Source: Octopus vulgaris (lineage: Eukaryota). Taken from it: 64,000 nucleotides of DNA. The position numbers and the translations under genes are program-made. Below the pieces are notes generated by a model, which saw only the letters and a list, made by a program, of their open reading frames with translations, had not been told where the DNA came from and made no database searches. Shown piece by piece: positions 1-13,162 of this stretch. Each line of letters starts with the position of its first letter. The stretch's first letter is position 1. Location: positions 118,841,487 to 118,905,486 of the forward strand of contig OX597821.1 of assembly GCA_951406725.2 (NCBI GenBank). Reading direction: 5' to 3'.

Positions 1-1190
1 AACCCATAACTCACCACAATTACTTAACAAACACAATGAAGCCTTCGCAATGTGTGAACACAAATTCTTCTACACTTTTAAATTCTTCCATAAATCCAAC
101 TTTAAACTTACCCCCAACTCACATAACATTTACATACCTCCAGACCCTTCAATACCTTTTCTGTCTACCTTAGTAGCTTATATGATAACTGCTAATTTTT
201 AATTACCTAATAGATCCCCTAATCCTTAGTTGTAACCCTTATTCCTAAATCATTTAACATTCACCTGGTTTCTCCATACACAACTCCCTACACAATCATA
301 CCGCCTTAGCCGAGAAATATTTCTACAACCAATGACCTTAGCCATAAAACGAACGGACACTACTTGACCTCTTGCCCCAACCCCTAAAAATTTGTGGGAC
401 AGTACTGGCATCTACTATCTTCTTTATATCGTCTTCTCTTTGAATCCCTTTCATTTTATTTTACTTTATTTTCTATTTCTTACCTTATCCTCCTTTACCT
501 TCCCCCTCTCTCCTTATTTATCCTTTTATATTTATTTATCTTTTGGTTTATTTAATTTTAATTTATTTTGTATTTTTTACTTTATCCTCCTTTGCCTTCC
601 TCCTCTCTCCTTGTATATTTCTTTACCTATCTTCATGTTTATTTTTGTACATTATATTTTTATATTATTTATCTTATTCTTCCTATCAATCCTTGCCAAT
701 GTCCTGTCAATTGCATTCCTCTTCCTCTCTCTCTCTCTCTCTACCTCCAGCTCCCCTGCCAATACCTCCTTCTCTATCTATTTATTTTTCTTTCTCATTA
801 TCCCTTTATGGCCACTTCTGCTATCATTTTCTTACGAACAGTCGATATGGTCAGGTCTCTCTCTGGATACTTATACTATGAGGACTCTAAACATACCTGG
901 ATATGGTCGCCTTTCACTCTGGATATTTACACTATGAAGACTCTAATACTAGCTGGATTTACATAGGATTCTGCTAAAAGACTTAATTTACCAAAAGACT
1001 TATGGACAAACATCTACACTATCGGAAAGTTAAACATTTATATTTCTTTATTCTTCATTTCTTTATATTTCTCCAGGTCTTTATTTCATCGTTTCCTTAA
1101 TCTCTACCCTGCACATTTTCCCTATTTGTCTCCGATGATGGGATACCCCATATTTTCAGATATCCCAGAAACAGCTGTTAGATCTATAAA
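1..1190 (+). mobile_element. 3' part of a third copy of the Penelope-like element (continues left of the window)
   Basis: Reverse complement of 57840-59011. Confidence 0.7.
1128..1183 (+). ncRNA. Hammerhead variant (U4C core, palindromic stem III) at the 3' end of a Penelope-like element
   Basis: gtct-CCGATGA-TGGGATA...TATCCCA-GAA-ACAGCTGT-T-agat. Confidence 0.6.
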
Positions 1191-2089
1191 TTTTTTTTAC
1201 GGAGCAACATCGATTGTCATGTGGTAGTGAACTCACATAGATACATATTAATACATGAAGCGACAGGCTTCTTTTAGTTTCCGTGCATCAAATCAAGTCT
1301 CAATGCTTTGGACGCCTAAAATGTCTAATAGAACATTCTTGCCCAATGTACCGCACTGTGGGATTGAAACCCGAAGCATGTGATTGAGAAGGGAAAGTAT
1401 TATCCGACAGTCACGCCAACGATGATGATGATGATGATGATCATTGTAAACTGATAGATACAAATATTTGCTCAGTAATCTTATCCCCAATCAGATTTCT
1501 TTTGTTGTTAACCTTAAGTGAGGTGCAACAGATCACGATTTCAGACGCCCATCCTGTCATTGAGATGATTTACTTGAGAGATTTGATCTGAAAGTCACAC
1601 AAATAGCCCATCTCCGATATGTGCATACGTCTCCTGCGTCAGTGTGACGTAGGAACTTTTGTCATGGCGGAGACTCGATGCATAGGAGGAAAAACAGGAA
1701 GAATATCGTGGGAAAGAGAGAAAAATGAGGTTAAGAAGCTCAGATAGAGGGATTGGAGATTGGAAGGAGTGGGTGTACAAGGTACATTTGACGAAATGTA
1801 GCCGGCCATATAAAGGTTTAAAGAAGGGGCCGAAGGGAAGAGGGGTAGATTGTGAGAGGAGGGTGACGGCATCGTTGGGTATACTGGGTGCAGTGTTTAG
1901 GGGTTAGGGTTCACGAGAGATAATGAAACATACAAATAGATAAACAGACAGATTGAATGTTATATGGAAAGACCGACCGAGAGAAAGAGAGAGAGGGAGA
2001 GAGGTATAGATAGACAGATTGACTGAGAGCTAAAGAGATGGACAGACAGACAGACAGACAGGTAAACATGCATATACAGGATTTAATTA

Positions 2090-3500
2090 ATAATGTTTGA
2101 AATGTTTAATTTGCTCTGATATTTTCTTGGTTGCTGAAAGGATTTTGACGAAATAAGATGTGTGAGAAAGATAACGAAGGGTAAACGAGTTACCTTTGTG
2201 CTCATGTGTGGCAAAGAAAGAACTAATCCAGATTTATTGGTGAGGAATTCAATTGGCAGAAGGCACACCAACTTCCAATTGATGGGTCATCTGTTGGACG
2301 TTTAATTAAGGGAGCTGGTGGTGTCACTGTCCACTGTCGAATTATCAGACCGAAATGTGCAAATGATCCCATATCAACAGCAGTTGTTTGAGAAATTCTT
2401 AGAAACATACTCCCAAAAATCGACGAAGAAGTTAAGTCGAGACACAGGTGTTATCCAAAGGTCAATATATCGTATTCTCCGTGGACACCACTGCTATCCT
2501 TACAAAATTCATCTGGTGCAGGAATTGCACGCGGATAACGTGGAATTTACGAAACAGCGATCGCTCCATATTTTTCAGTGATGAGTCTATGTTTTATCTA
2601 ACTGGACACAACTGTCGCTATTGATCTGGTAATAACGCCAGATGGAAGCAAGATAGCAATGTACGAATCGATAGTACAATTATGGTATGGGCTGCAATAC
2701 GGGAGGAACAGTTAATCGGTCCGAAAGTCTCTGACAGTAATGTGACGGGTGAAAACATACCTTCGAATACTATCGACATTCTTACTGGATTATATATGGA
2801 ATGTTCCCTGAACAAAAAGACGGATCATGTTCTTTGAACAGGATGGAGCGCCACTACATTTTGATTTGTTGTTTCCTGGCTTCCAAAATAAACATTTTCC
2901 TTGTAGGGCAGGATTCATGACAGGTGAACTGTAGACAGGAACTTCGCTGCGGGCTAGCTAGGAAGTTGGTCAACAGCAAAAAGGGACTTCCACTGGGAGA
3001 ACAGGGACAAAAGAATGTTAGCAGCGAGCGTTAAACGAACCAAAATTAACTGAACAGAAATAACTGGCGACTTAAGCCTTGATGTACGTCAAGTAATAAA
3101 CCTTTTGGTAAATGTATTCTCGTCTCTAGGAGTTTGAGTGTGCATAGCTTAACAAAGCTATACCCTAACAAATGGAAAGGTGGGAGAGATCCTGTGAGTC
3201 ACCACAGGAGTAACCAGACCTCACGTACCTGGGTTTTATCTGTGGGGCCATTTGAAATCAGTTGTTTATCAGAAGTTTCGTAGAAATATGGAGAAACTTA
3301 AAGAAGGAATTGAAAATGAATGCAGTAAAAAAGAAAGGAACCCCTCCGCCTTGTTTATGAATGCTGCACGTACAGAATGGAAATGTGCTATGAAACGAAA
3401 TGGAAGCAATTTGAACAGCACATATAACAATTAAATAATTAACAGATAAAATCTCAGTGTGTAGGGATACGTTTAATAATTTATCCCTTACGTCCACGGC
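2090..3500 (+). mobile_element. Tc1/mariner transposase remnant interrupted by a solo LTR (copies 18150-19200, 55520-56940, 38040-38370)
   Basis: HCYPYKIHLVQEL, IFFSDES, MVWAAI..LIGP, FEQDGAP.H, and FLWGHLKSVVY. Confidence 0.8.
2902..3162 (+). mobile_element. Probable solo LTR
   Basis: TGTAG...CTATA termini, internal AATAAA, imperfect 4-bp TSD TCCT/CCCT. Removing it restores the transposase-like TTT CCT AAC AAA TGG (FPNKW). Confidence 0.6.
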
Positions 3501-4739
3501 ATTTGCGTCGGCCTCTATATACGTACATACATATATACATTCACATACATCTACTCATTAACTCACACACACTCACGCAAACACACAAGATATAAGAAAT
3601 ATTCAGTTGAATCAGGTCTGAAATTGAGGCACCTCGTTAGGTCGGAATAATATACAGACACAAAAATATATTGTAAATATCGTAAGTTGGTGTGCAAGAA
3701 GACAGTAAATAAGGAATACTATAGGGTGTACCCAGAGATATGCATGGGTCAAGAATGGATCGAGAGGGATCAGATATATGCTAGAAGAGAAGGAGACCCC
3801 GCCTGTTGGAGGGGAAGAGTAGCAACTGTAACCAACAATTATTAAGGGTCCATGTAGATTTCACTTCCCCTAATATCTGCCCTTAAGTTGTGCCTTTTGA
3901 ACCAACGGTGTGCCCTTAGGCACATGATAAGTATATTGGCAAACGACCCTGAAACGTGGGTAGAGGCTGGTTGCTCATGCTTGGACCACAATGGCTGCCG
4001 AGTGGGTGGGGAGGGCAACATGAGGCTGACAGTGTCGTGTATGAGGCTGTGGTGGTACCCGGCCCTACCACCATGAGTAATAGCAGCAACAGCTCATCCA
4101 ACAACATCAGCGACAGAAATAGCAAGGGCGAGCGCGAAATCGGGAGCAAAGCATTAAGCGGCAGAAACCCCAACACCGACATCTACGACTGCAGCACCAA
4201 CACCAGCACTACGGCCCGAGATGGTGACCTCAACAGCACCGGCAGAACAACCGGCCCCATGCTCAGAATTAATTGCCATGACACCACCGACAACAGCAGC
4301 AGTAGCAGCGGTTTCGATTCCCAGACCGGGCGTTGTGTGTGTTTATTGAGCGAAAACACCTAAAGCCCCACGAGGCTCCGGCAGGGGATGGTGGTGACCC
4401 CTGTTGTACTCTTTCGCCACAACTTTCTCACACTCTTTCTTCCTGTTTCTTGTCCCCGACTTCCTACGCAACCGCTGAGCCTGGATGCGCAGTCATCCAT
4501 CCGTCGATGCTCTCGGTCTCGGGGGTTGACTTGCTTTCTCTCCTGCGGGTTTTACGAATAGCAAAGGACCACATTTCGGCCTCCCCCCGCTAATGGGACG
4601 AAGACCGCTTAGCTCAACAAACAAAGAAACAAACATCAACGGCAATAACAGTTTTACTGGACCCACTCACTGAAATATAAAAACACCTATGGTGGCTCCA
4701 ACGACATCAGCGGCAACACCACCAACTTGACGCACGGGG

Positions 4740-5480
4740 TTAACAGAAGATGCACTAGAGAACACAACCAGCACTTGGGTTCGGAAATATATCGGCTCGA
4801 CCGAACTGCCTTTAAGCAACGCCTGAACAACCATAGGTCCCCTTTTAGAGTTCCCGAAAGACGTAACTTCATCATCATCATGACGTGGTTCTTTAAGGAT
4901 GAAGGAAACCCATTCGAAATAAAATGGAGGATCATAGGAAGTCCGTGGTCCAATATAAGCGGGAACGGACGGTGCAAGATTTGCATGGCAGAGCGGACAA
5001 GAATCTTTAGAGATTCGACTGGCTTGGAATTTTTTATTAAATTCAAGGCACGAGATATGAAGTCCCTGCTGCCATTTCAAGCGCTCCCTACACATGCGTT
5101 CGTCAATAAGGGTTGTATAGAATGATTTCAGACCGGAAGCAGCCTACAGGTGGAGATGCCCCTTTCATCCTCTAAGTCCACAAGATTTGCTCACTGTACA
5201 GGCCTAAGGGAGATAACCTGTCTCGTCAAGTCTCAGACAGTGTAGAATATATTTTCGTTTACAAACTAAATGACCGTAACGGTTTTCTTACCTCCAGGTC
5301 AAAGAGAGAGTATATGCCAGTACGCATTGCAGTCTGACGAGCCATCGGTAAAGCCAAGCGCTTTGTTGATGCTAAACCATTGGCTCTCCTTCGACCGGAC
5401 AAATATATAACTTCTTATATATGCATTACTGCACTAATTTTAATAGTGTGCTGCATTTCTCGGTCTATGATTCACTGACG

Positions 5481-5482
<2 letters not shown>
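4740..5482 (+). mobile_element. Penelope-like GIY-YIG remnant (copy at 39605-40322)
   Basis: YIGSTGTAFKQRLNNHRSSFRVPERRN...WFLKDEGNPYEIKWRII...RCKICMAER, frameshifted. Confidence 0.75.
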
Positions 5483-5570
<88 letters not shown>

Positions 5571-5573
<3 letters not shown>

Positions 5574-5869
5574 ACTTATAAATAAGGGCAAACGAAAAAT
5601 TTCAAATGCTAAATATACCGAAAATTGGACATATTGACCATTTACCATATATTTTTTCCCAGTACGCACGCTACTCGAAAAAAGGTCGACAGAAATCTCT
5701 AAAAAAATTCCATTATTACCATATCGGAGCGATTTCAGGGTTAGTTCAAAAAGAACCCTCCCTTCGTCAGTGATACATGTATCACTGACGAATGGTAAAT
5801 GGACACTATATCCAATTTTCGGCATATTTGGCATTAGACATTTTTCGTTTGCCCTTATTTATAAGTTGT
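5571..5869. mobile_element. ~300-bp element with ~75-bp inverted termini, internal 30-bp palindrome and hammerhead
   Basis: ACAACTTATAAATAAGGGCAAACGAAAAA... pairs with ...TTTTTCGTTTGCCCTTATTTATAAGTTGT. Palindrome TTCGTCAGTGATACATGTATCACTGACGAA at 5763-5792. Confidence 0.75.
5717..5775 (-). ncRNA. Type I hammerhead ribozyme, intact core
   Basis: Minus strand TATCA-CTGACGA-AGGG..GGTTC ttttt GAACT..CCCT-GAA-ATCG ctc CGAT-A-TGGTA; AUA cleavage triplet. Confidence 0.8.
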
Positions 5870-5954
5870 TTATAATTTAACCTTTAAAGGTATTTTTGAA
5901 TATGCTGGCCATTGATAAATTTTTCTTTTCGAAAAAGTTTTATCCTACATTAGA

Positions 5955-6031
<77 letters not shown>

Positions 6032-6033
6032 CT

Positions 6034-7205
6034 TACAAAAATGGGACAATGACGCAAAACATTCAGATAGTTAGGTGATACAAAAAAGGGACAAGAAAGC
6101 ATCCAGACATATGATACAAAGGGAATAATGACAGGTCATTCGGAGTTTTCTTTCCTCAGTCGAGTTCCAGATTATCGTTGCAGTTTCAGCTGACTATACT
6201 TGAGATTGCTCCAATCTGGTCACACCCAAGGAAAAACTAAGCTAAGACCATTAGATTCCTTGGATGAAAGCAGCGAATGTATTCAGAAACAAGGACGGAA
6301 AAACGGAGATACGTTACACAAATACAAATAACAGGACATAACGTCAGGTTTCTTACGACTAAGGACGAATGAAATTAAGCTGGCGTGTGTGGAAGTAAAG
6401 CCTTATGGCAGGGACATAAGATTTGACAGGCTCAGGGAGGAATATAGATCTTGCACGAATGGTAGTCGAACCAAGAAAGAAAGGATAGGCTTAGCCAAAC
6501 ACCGGTCACGTGACGAGAGAAGAGAGCGAGGTAGATGCAGAGGGATAGAAGGATTAAGGAGGGGCGAGAAAAAATGAAAGGGATAGAGTGAAGTGAAAGA
6601 GGAGGGAAGGTGAGCTTGAAGAGAAAGCCAGGGAATGTGAGAGAGGGAAAATGAAAGAACGAAGAGTGTAATGAACGAAACAACTGTGAAAGTGCTGCTT
6701 CACTTCACTTCATTCTATCCCTTTCATTTTTTCTCGCCCCTCCTTAATTCTTCTATCCCTTTGCCTCTACATCTATCTCTTCTCTCCCCACGTGACCGGT
6801 GTTTAGACAAGCCTATCCTTTCTTTCTTGGTTCGACTACCATCCGTGCTAGATCTATATTCCTCCCTGTGCCTTACAAATCCAATGTCCCTGCCGTAAGG
6901 CTTTACTTCCACACACGCCAGCTTAATTTAATTCGTCCTTAGTCGAAAGACACCTGTTGTTATGCCCTGTTATTTGCATTTGTGTAATGTTTCTCCGTTT
7001 TTCCGTCCTTGTTTTCGTATAGTGCTCTTAGCTTAGTTTTTTATTGGGAGTAGCCAGATTGGAGCAATCTCGAGTATAACCAGCCGAAATTGCAAAGATA
7101 ATCTGGAACTCGACTGAGGAAAAAAACTTCGAATGACCCGTCCTTGTTTTCTATGTATCGTCTTTCAGAATGTTTTGCGTTCTTGTCCCATGTTTGTATT
7201 TTTTA
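6034..7205. mobile_element. Foldback element with ~0.5-kb inverted arms (partial copy 40527-41440; single arms 8690-9060, 42935-43320)
   Basis: 6034-6590 is the reverse complement of 6700-7205; no credible ORF; TA-flanked. Confidence 0.8.
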
Positions 7206-7230
7206 TATATAAGCGGCGTACGTACACTTT

Positions 7231-7269
<39 letters not shown>

Positions 7270-8134
7270 ATATATATATATATGGTAAATGAAAGACGGA
7301 ATATGGCGTATACGAGGTTCTTTTTAATCTCCACAATTCTTTCAGCACATCTAGCACCGATCCCTCAAGGGTGGAATACTTAGCAATTGGTTCAGAAGCA
7401 TCCGACAGTGCAGATGTGTCTCTTCAGGTGAAATATAGACATAACTCGTCAAAATAACAGATCCGCAATCTGTCTTCTCACTTCGTGTAAAGACAAGCAG
7501 CGAATTAAAGGATATATCTTCATTTATGTAGAAGATCAATAATGAAATAGCACAAGAGAAACGGACACGCAATACAGCACGAAAAGTGTATAGATATGTA
7601 CTGCCATATATCTTTGGAAACTGCATCTCGGAGAAAAAAAATTGTTTCTCTTTTGGACCCCAAACCCGAAACTTTTGGGAAGACTGCTGCTTGATTAAAT
7701 CGACCCCTGTGCTCAACTGGATCTAACGAAAGACAAAGCTGAGCACGAAATGAAAAAAGCCAGAAAGAAGCTATAAGTAGCAGTAAGTAAATATCGGTTT
7801 GGATATAAGTTGATGGCTCTCCTTGGGACTCGATCTCACATCTTCTGTTTAACATGACGACGAAATTTCTACCACTGGACCAGAGTAATCCGCTGCATTG
7901 CCTATCTATAAGGGATGTGGGATCGAATTACACAGTCAGCTTGAAACTTTTCTGTCCATAAGGGTTTTCCAACCCAATATATACATGCTATAATTTATAG
8001 TTGTATTTGCGCTTCGAGATCCACTATTGCACAAAAATACACTCTTCCAGAAAACAATAAACACTTGTTCTACCAAAGTTTATAAATATTTATGATATCA
8101 CAACACACACACACATGCACATGTATACTCTCCT

Positions 8135-8346
8135 ACTCTTTTACTCTTTTACTTGTTTCAGTCATTTGACTGCGGCAATGCTGGAGCAACGCCTTTAGTC
8201 GAGCAACTCGACCCCGGGACTTATTCTTTTGTAAGCCCAGTACTTATTCTATCGGTCTCTTTTGCCGAACCGATAAGTAACGGGGACATAAACACATCAG
8301 CATCGGTTGTCAAGCAATGCTAGGGGGAGAAACACAGACATACAAA

Positions 8347-8379
<33 letters not shown>

Positions 8380-8548
8380 CATATATACGACGGGCTTCTT
8401 TCAGTTTTCGTCTACCAAATCCACTCACAAGGCTTTGGTCGGCCCGAGGCTATAGTAGAAGACACTTGCCCATGGTGCCACGCAGCGGGACTGAACCCAG
8501 AACCATGTGGTTGGTAAACAAGCTACTTACCACACAGCCACTCCTGCG

Positions 8549-8551
<3 letters not shown>
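8135..8551 (-). mobile_element. tRNA-derived SINE, near full length (copy 42378-42790)
   Basis: GGCGCAGGAGTGGCTGTGTGGTAAG (A-box-like), GGTTCAGTCCC (B-box-like), body, and a (AAAAGAGT)n-like tail. Confidence 0.85.
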
Positions 8552-8614
<63 letters not shown>

Positions 8615-8655
8615 CACATGTGTGTACGTACACACATATATATATATTTATATAT

Positions 8656-8690
<35 letters not shown>

Positions 8691-10104
8691 CAAAATGGGA
8701 CAAGAACGCAAAACATCTAGACAGTTATGTGTTTCAAGAAAGGGGCAACAAAACAGACGATACAAAGAAAACAAGGACAAGTCATTCGCAGTTTACTTTC
8801 TCAGTCGAGTTCCATATTATCTTTGCAATTTCGGCTGGTTATACACGAGATTGCTCCAATATGGCCAGCCCCAAGGATTCCTTGGAAGAAATCAGGGTAT
8901 GTATACGAAAACAAGGACGGAAAAAACAGAGAATGTTACACAAATACAAAAAGCAGGACATAACATCAGGTATTTAACGACTAAAGGACGAATTGAATTA
9001 AGCTGGCGTGTGTAGAAGTAAAGCCATATGGCAGGGGTACAAGATTTCACGGGCACAGGGCGGAATATACATACACCCATTGTATATAAAGAAATGTTTC
9101 TATATGCATATGTGTATGACCATCATGTTGAAGTGCATTTCTCCACGGCCTGAAGTCAACTTTGGATCTCTACTGTCCGCCAAATATTTCACCCAGAATA
9201 CCCAACGATGCCGTCACCCTTCTCTCACAATCTACCCTTCTTCGCTTCTGCCCCATCTTTAAACCTTTATATGACCGGTTACATTTCGTCAAATGTACCT
9301 TGTACACCCACTCCTTCCAATCTCCAATCCCTCTATCTGCGCTTCTTAACCTCATTTTTCTCTCTTTCCCACGATATTATTCCTGTTTTTCCTCCTATAC
9401 ATCGAGTCTCCGCCATGACAAAAGCTCCTACGTCACACTGACCCAGGAGACGTATGCACATATCGGAGATGGGCTATTTGTGTGACTTTGAGATCAAATC
9501 TCTCAAGTAAATCATCTCAATGACAGGATGGGCGTTTGTTGCACTGTCCTTAAGATTATCAACAAAATAAATCTGATTGGGGATAAGATTACTGAGCAAA
9601 TATTTGTACCTATCAGTTTACAATGATCCATCATCATCATCATCATAATCATCATTGTCACCATCATCATCGTTGGCGTGACTGTCGGATAAGAAGTTCG
9701 CTTCCCAATCACATGGTTACGGTTTCAGTCCTACAGTGTGGCACATTGGGCAAGAATGTTCTACTGGACAATTTATGCGACCAAAGCCTTGAGAGTAGAT
9801 TTGATGGACGGAAACTAAAAGAAGCCTGTCGTTGCATATACAAATGTATACCTATATATAGGATTTTAGAATAGGCGTCTGACCCCCACGAGATTACATT
9901 CGACGTTGCTGTGTTTCTGTCCTCAAAACTTAAGGGTCGGCCAAAAGTGACCGTTAGAATATGTAGGAGGCTATAAAAAACTAAATACTGTGGTCGATCA
10001 AACCTTCTGAAGATTCTTGACGACAGTGCCCCAGCATTGTCTCCACCTATTGAATAAAACAAATAAGAGATAAATGATACTTTTATATACACATATATGT
10101 ACAC

Positions 10105-10146
<42 letters not shown>

Positions 10147-10227
10147 CAATATATATTTATCAATATATATACCAATATATATTTATCAATACATATACAT
10201 ATATATATATATATATATATATGTGTG

Positions 10228-10258
<31 letters not shown>

Positions 10259-10830
10259 CAATAAGAAAATGGAGGGGATCAATGGGTGGTTCATGAACAT
10301 TTAAACATTATATTAAGTGAATTTATTTATTTATTTACTGAAATAGCAATTACAAGAATATAGATACATGTATAACATATTATGCTTTACATATAAAATA
10401 TATAAAGATACCAGTAACCCTCACCCATTTTGTACACTCGGTAACGTAATTGCAATGCAATAAAAAACACTTGTGTATTACTAGTTGTGTATTCTACCAG
10501 CAGTATATTGGATAGATATTATCCCTCAGTGGGTTAGATTCACAAGCTCTAACTTTCTTGGAATATATAAAAATGTGTGTTTGTGTGTGTGTGTACATGT
10601 ATGTATGTATATATATATAAAGAGAGAGGTTTTCTTTAAGTATTGGAAATAGTTTTTAAAAAAGTTTTTTTAGCTGCTATTTCTAATGAGTTCAGTATGC
10701 GGCAAAGTAATTTATTTTACTAAGCCCTTTTATATAATGTAATAATTTGAATTCGCCTTAAATGGTCCCTTTGTATACTGAATACTTGGTGAAATTGATT
10801 AATTAATTAATTTTACCCTCAATTGTTGAA

Positions 10831-10921
<91 letters not shown>

Positions 10922-10979
10922 TATATATACGTGTACATACCTATATATAAGTATACACATTTGTATATATATATATATA

Positions 10980-11290
10980 TGGAGTGACTGTGTGGTAAGT
11001 AGTTTGCTTACCAACCACATGGTTACGGATTCAGTCCCACTGCGTTACACCTTGCGCAAGTGTCTTCTACTATAGCCTCGGGTCGACCAAGTGGATTTGG
11101 TTCTCGGAAACAGAAAGATTATGGTTTCGATTCTTGGACCAGGTGATGTGTTGTGTGCTTGAGCAAAACACTTCATTTCACGTTGCTCCAGTCCACTCAG
11201 CTGGCAAAAATGAGTAATCCTGCGGCGGTTCTGCGTCCAGTCCAGGGGAGAAGTATATACACGCCACTAAAACCGGGAAACTGAGCCTCA
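10980..11290 (+). mobile_element. SINE fragments (copy 25172-25480; other fragments ~1260-1420, 9675-9835, 12568-12720, 19830-19990, 26368-26520, 52848-52990, 62057-62190)
   Basis: Same head sequence as the SINE at 8135-8551. Confidence 0.75.
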
Positions 11291-11347
11291 TATTATTTAT
11301 AATATTATACGATTGAACGCCACGCATCCTTTTCCAAGTAAGTTTTA

Positions 11348-11371
<24 letters not shown>

Positions 11372-11413
<42 letters not shown>

Positions 11414-12529
11414 TGAGAATGTGCTCTGTCTGTTTCCCTTAAACTTGAGAACTACACAACCAATTTCATTCAAATTTTACACATGCCTTACTTAGGGTCC
11501 GGGGAGCGTCATCGGCAAAAAATGTTTAACTTCTTGCCTAGGGCGAGCCCATAGCAATATCATATCTTCTCCACTACGATTCCCTAAAACTTGAGAACTG
11601 CACAACCAATTTCATTCAAATTTTACACATGCCTTACTTAGGGTCCATGTAGTTTCATGGGCAAAAATGTTCAACTTCTTGCCTAGGGCGAGCCCATAGC
11701 AATATCATATCTTCTCCACTACGATTCCCTAAAACTTGAGAACTACACAACCAATTTCATTCAAATTTTACACATGCCTTACTTACGGTCCATGTAGTTT
11801 CATGGGCAAAAAATGTTCAACTTCTTGCCTAGGGCGAGCCCATAGCAATATCATATCTGCTCCACTATTTCAGTATTACGTGTTAAAAGTGAAACAAAAA
11901 CATTTCTCTATTTTATGTCAGATACTTTCACTTTAACAATAAAAATTAGAGATAATAATAACAATTGAATTATATGTAGTAAGTAATAATTAAAATCAAA
12001 CTAAAGTATAATATAATCGTAACATAACAAAAGTAAAAATAGCAATTGGTATAAAATTGCATCAATGAATCGAAGTTGAATAAGTGGTTTCACATGAATG
12101 GGAATAAATTTAAAATAAAATTAGCGTGCAGAAATGGAATAGTCCAGATGGAGGTGTGCACATACCTCGACTCGAACCTTGCAAAGTGGAAATATTTTAT
12201 TTTTACCTTTGTATCTGGGACGTAGGACGTCCCGGATGAACATTTAAAATGTCCCCCCAGAAGTAGAGGTAGGCTGGATTGTAGCCACACTTCTATACAA
12301 GAGAGAGGACAAGATATAATTGATCGAAATTGCAAGAGACGGGCCTACAATTCCAGTGTGCTATATATTTTGAGTATTGTTATCACTAGCGATATCAAGA
12401 TATAACTTTGTATTTTGTATTTTATGTGTAGATGTATATATATATATATATATGTACATGTAATATGTACACATATATATACACATATATACAAGCACTA
12501 TGTCCCGGCAACGACGGGTCATAATGCTA

Positions 12530-12530
<1 letters not shown>
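11372..12530 (+). mobile_element. Non-autonomous Helitron (copy 25520-26349)
   Basis: 5' TCTATATA..., 3' hairpin CCCGgcaacgaCGGG (12504-12518) followed by CTAG (12527-12530). Confidence 0.7.
11434..11868 (+). repeat. Three tandem ~145-bp units inside the Helitron
   Basis: Units start at 11434, 11580 and 11725 (ttccctaaaacttgagaact...). The paralogue at ~25594 has a single unit. Confidence 0.9.
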
Positions 12531-12569
<39 letters not shown>

Positions 12570-13099
12570 ATGGGCTTCTTTTAGTTTCCATCAACAAAAT
12601 TCACTCACAAGGCTTTGGTCTGCTTGAGGCTATAATAGAAGACACTTGACCTAGGTTCCTCACGGTTGGACTGAACCCAGAACCATGTGTTTTAGTAGCA
12701 AATGGACTTTGTTCTATAACCACGGAAAGGTATTTAGTCATCGTCAATGAGATGGATTGCAATTTCTCAAAATATATTACAAGCAACATTCACAATTAAA
12801 TAGATATATAAATAAATAAATAGTTATTGAGAAATAAGAGACGTTTTTAGAGTCACGACAGAGTTATAAACGACGCAATTATTAAATAATTGTAAGTTCC
12901 GGGCAAGTTTACAACGTGTAACTTTATCGGCTGATTATTTTTACTTCTTGGTTACCTATACAGGTGTATAGATAAACAGGTGTAAGTAAAGCTATACTTA
13001 TACAGCTGTGCAGGTATAGTTTTACATGTGTGTGTGTGTGTGTATTTTTGGTATTTAGTTCTGTTCTAAATGTGTATCTTTTACATATATCTATATATA

Positions 13100-13162
<63 letters not shown>

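Noticed and set aside
392-966. Hydrophobic 181-aa ORF conserved in three copies
   Set aside because: Pyrimidine-rich 3' region of a Penelope-like element. Conservation reflects recent duplication and the third copy is frameshifted.
3956-4593. Ser/Asn/Thr-rich ORFs repeated at 17274, 38822 and 54760
   Set aside because: Low-complexity repeat sequence with inconsistent frames between copies and no recognisable domain.
7395-7432. CTGAAGA-GACA...TGTC on the minus strand
   Set aside because: Followed by GGAT instead of GAAA, with no stem III; the pairing is lost in the paralogue at ~41660.
8480-8551. tRNA-like A/B boxes
   Set aside because: SINE head; no cloverleaf, so not a tRNA gene.
11434-11868. 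Regular repeats suggestive of a CRISPR array
   Set aside because: Whole-unit tandem repeats without unique spacers, in a eukaryotic Helitron, with no cas genes.
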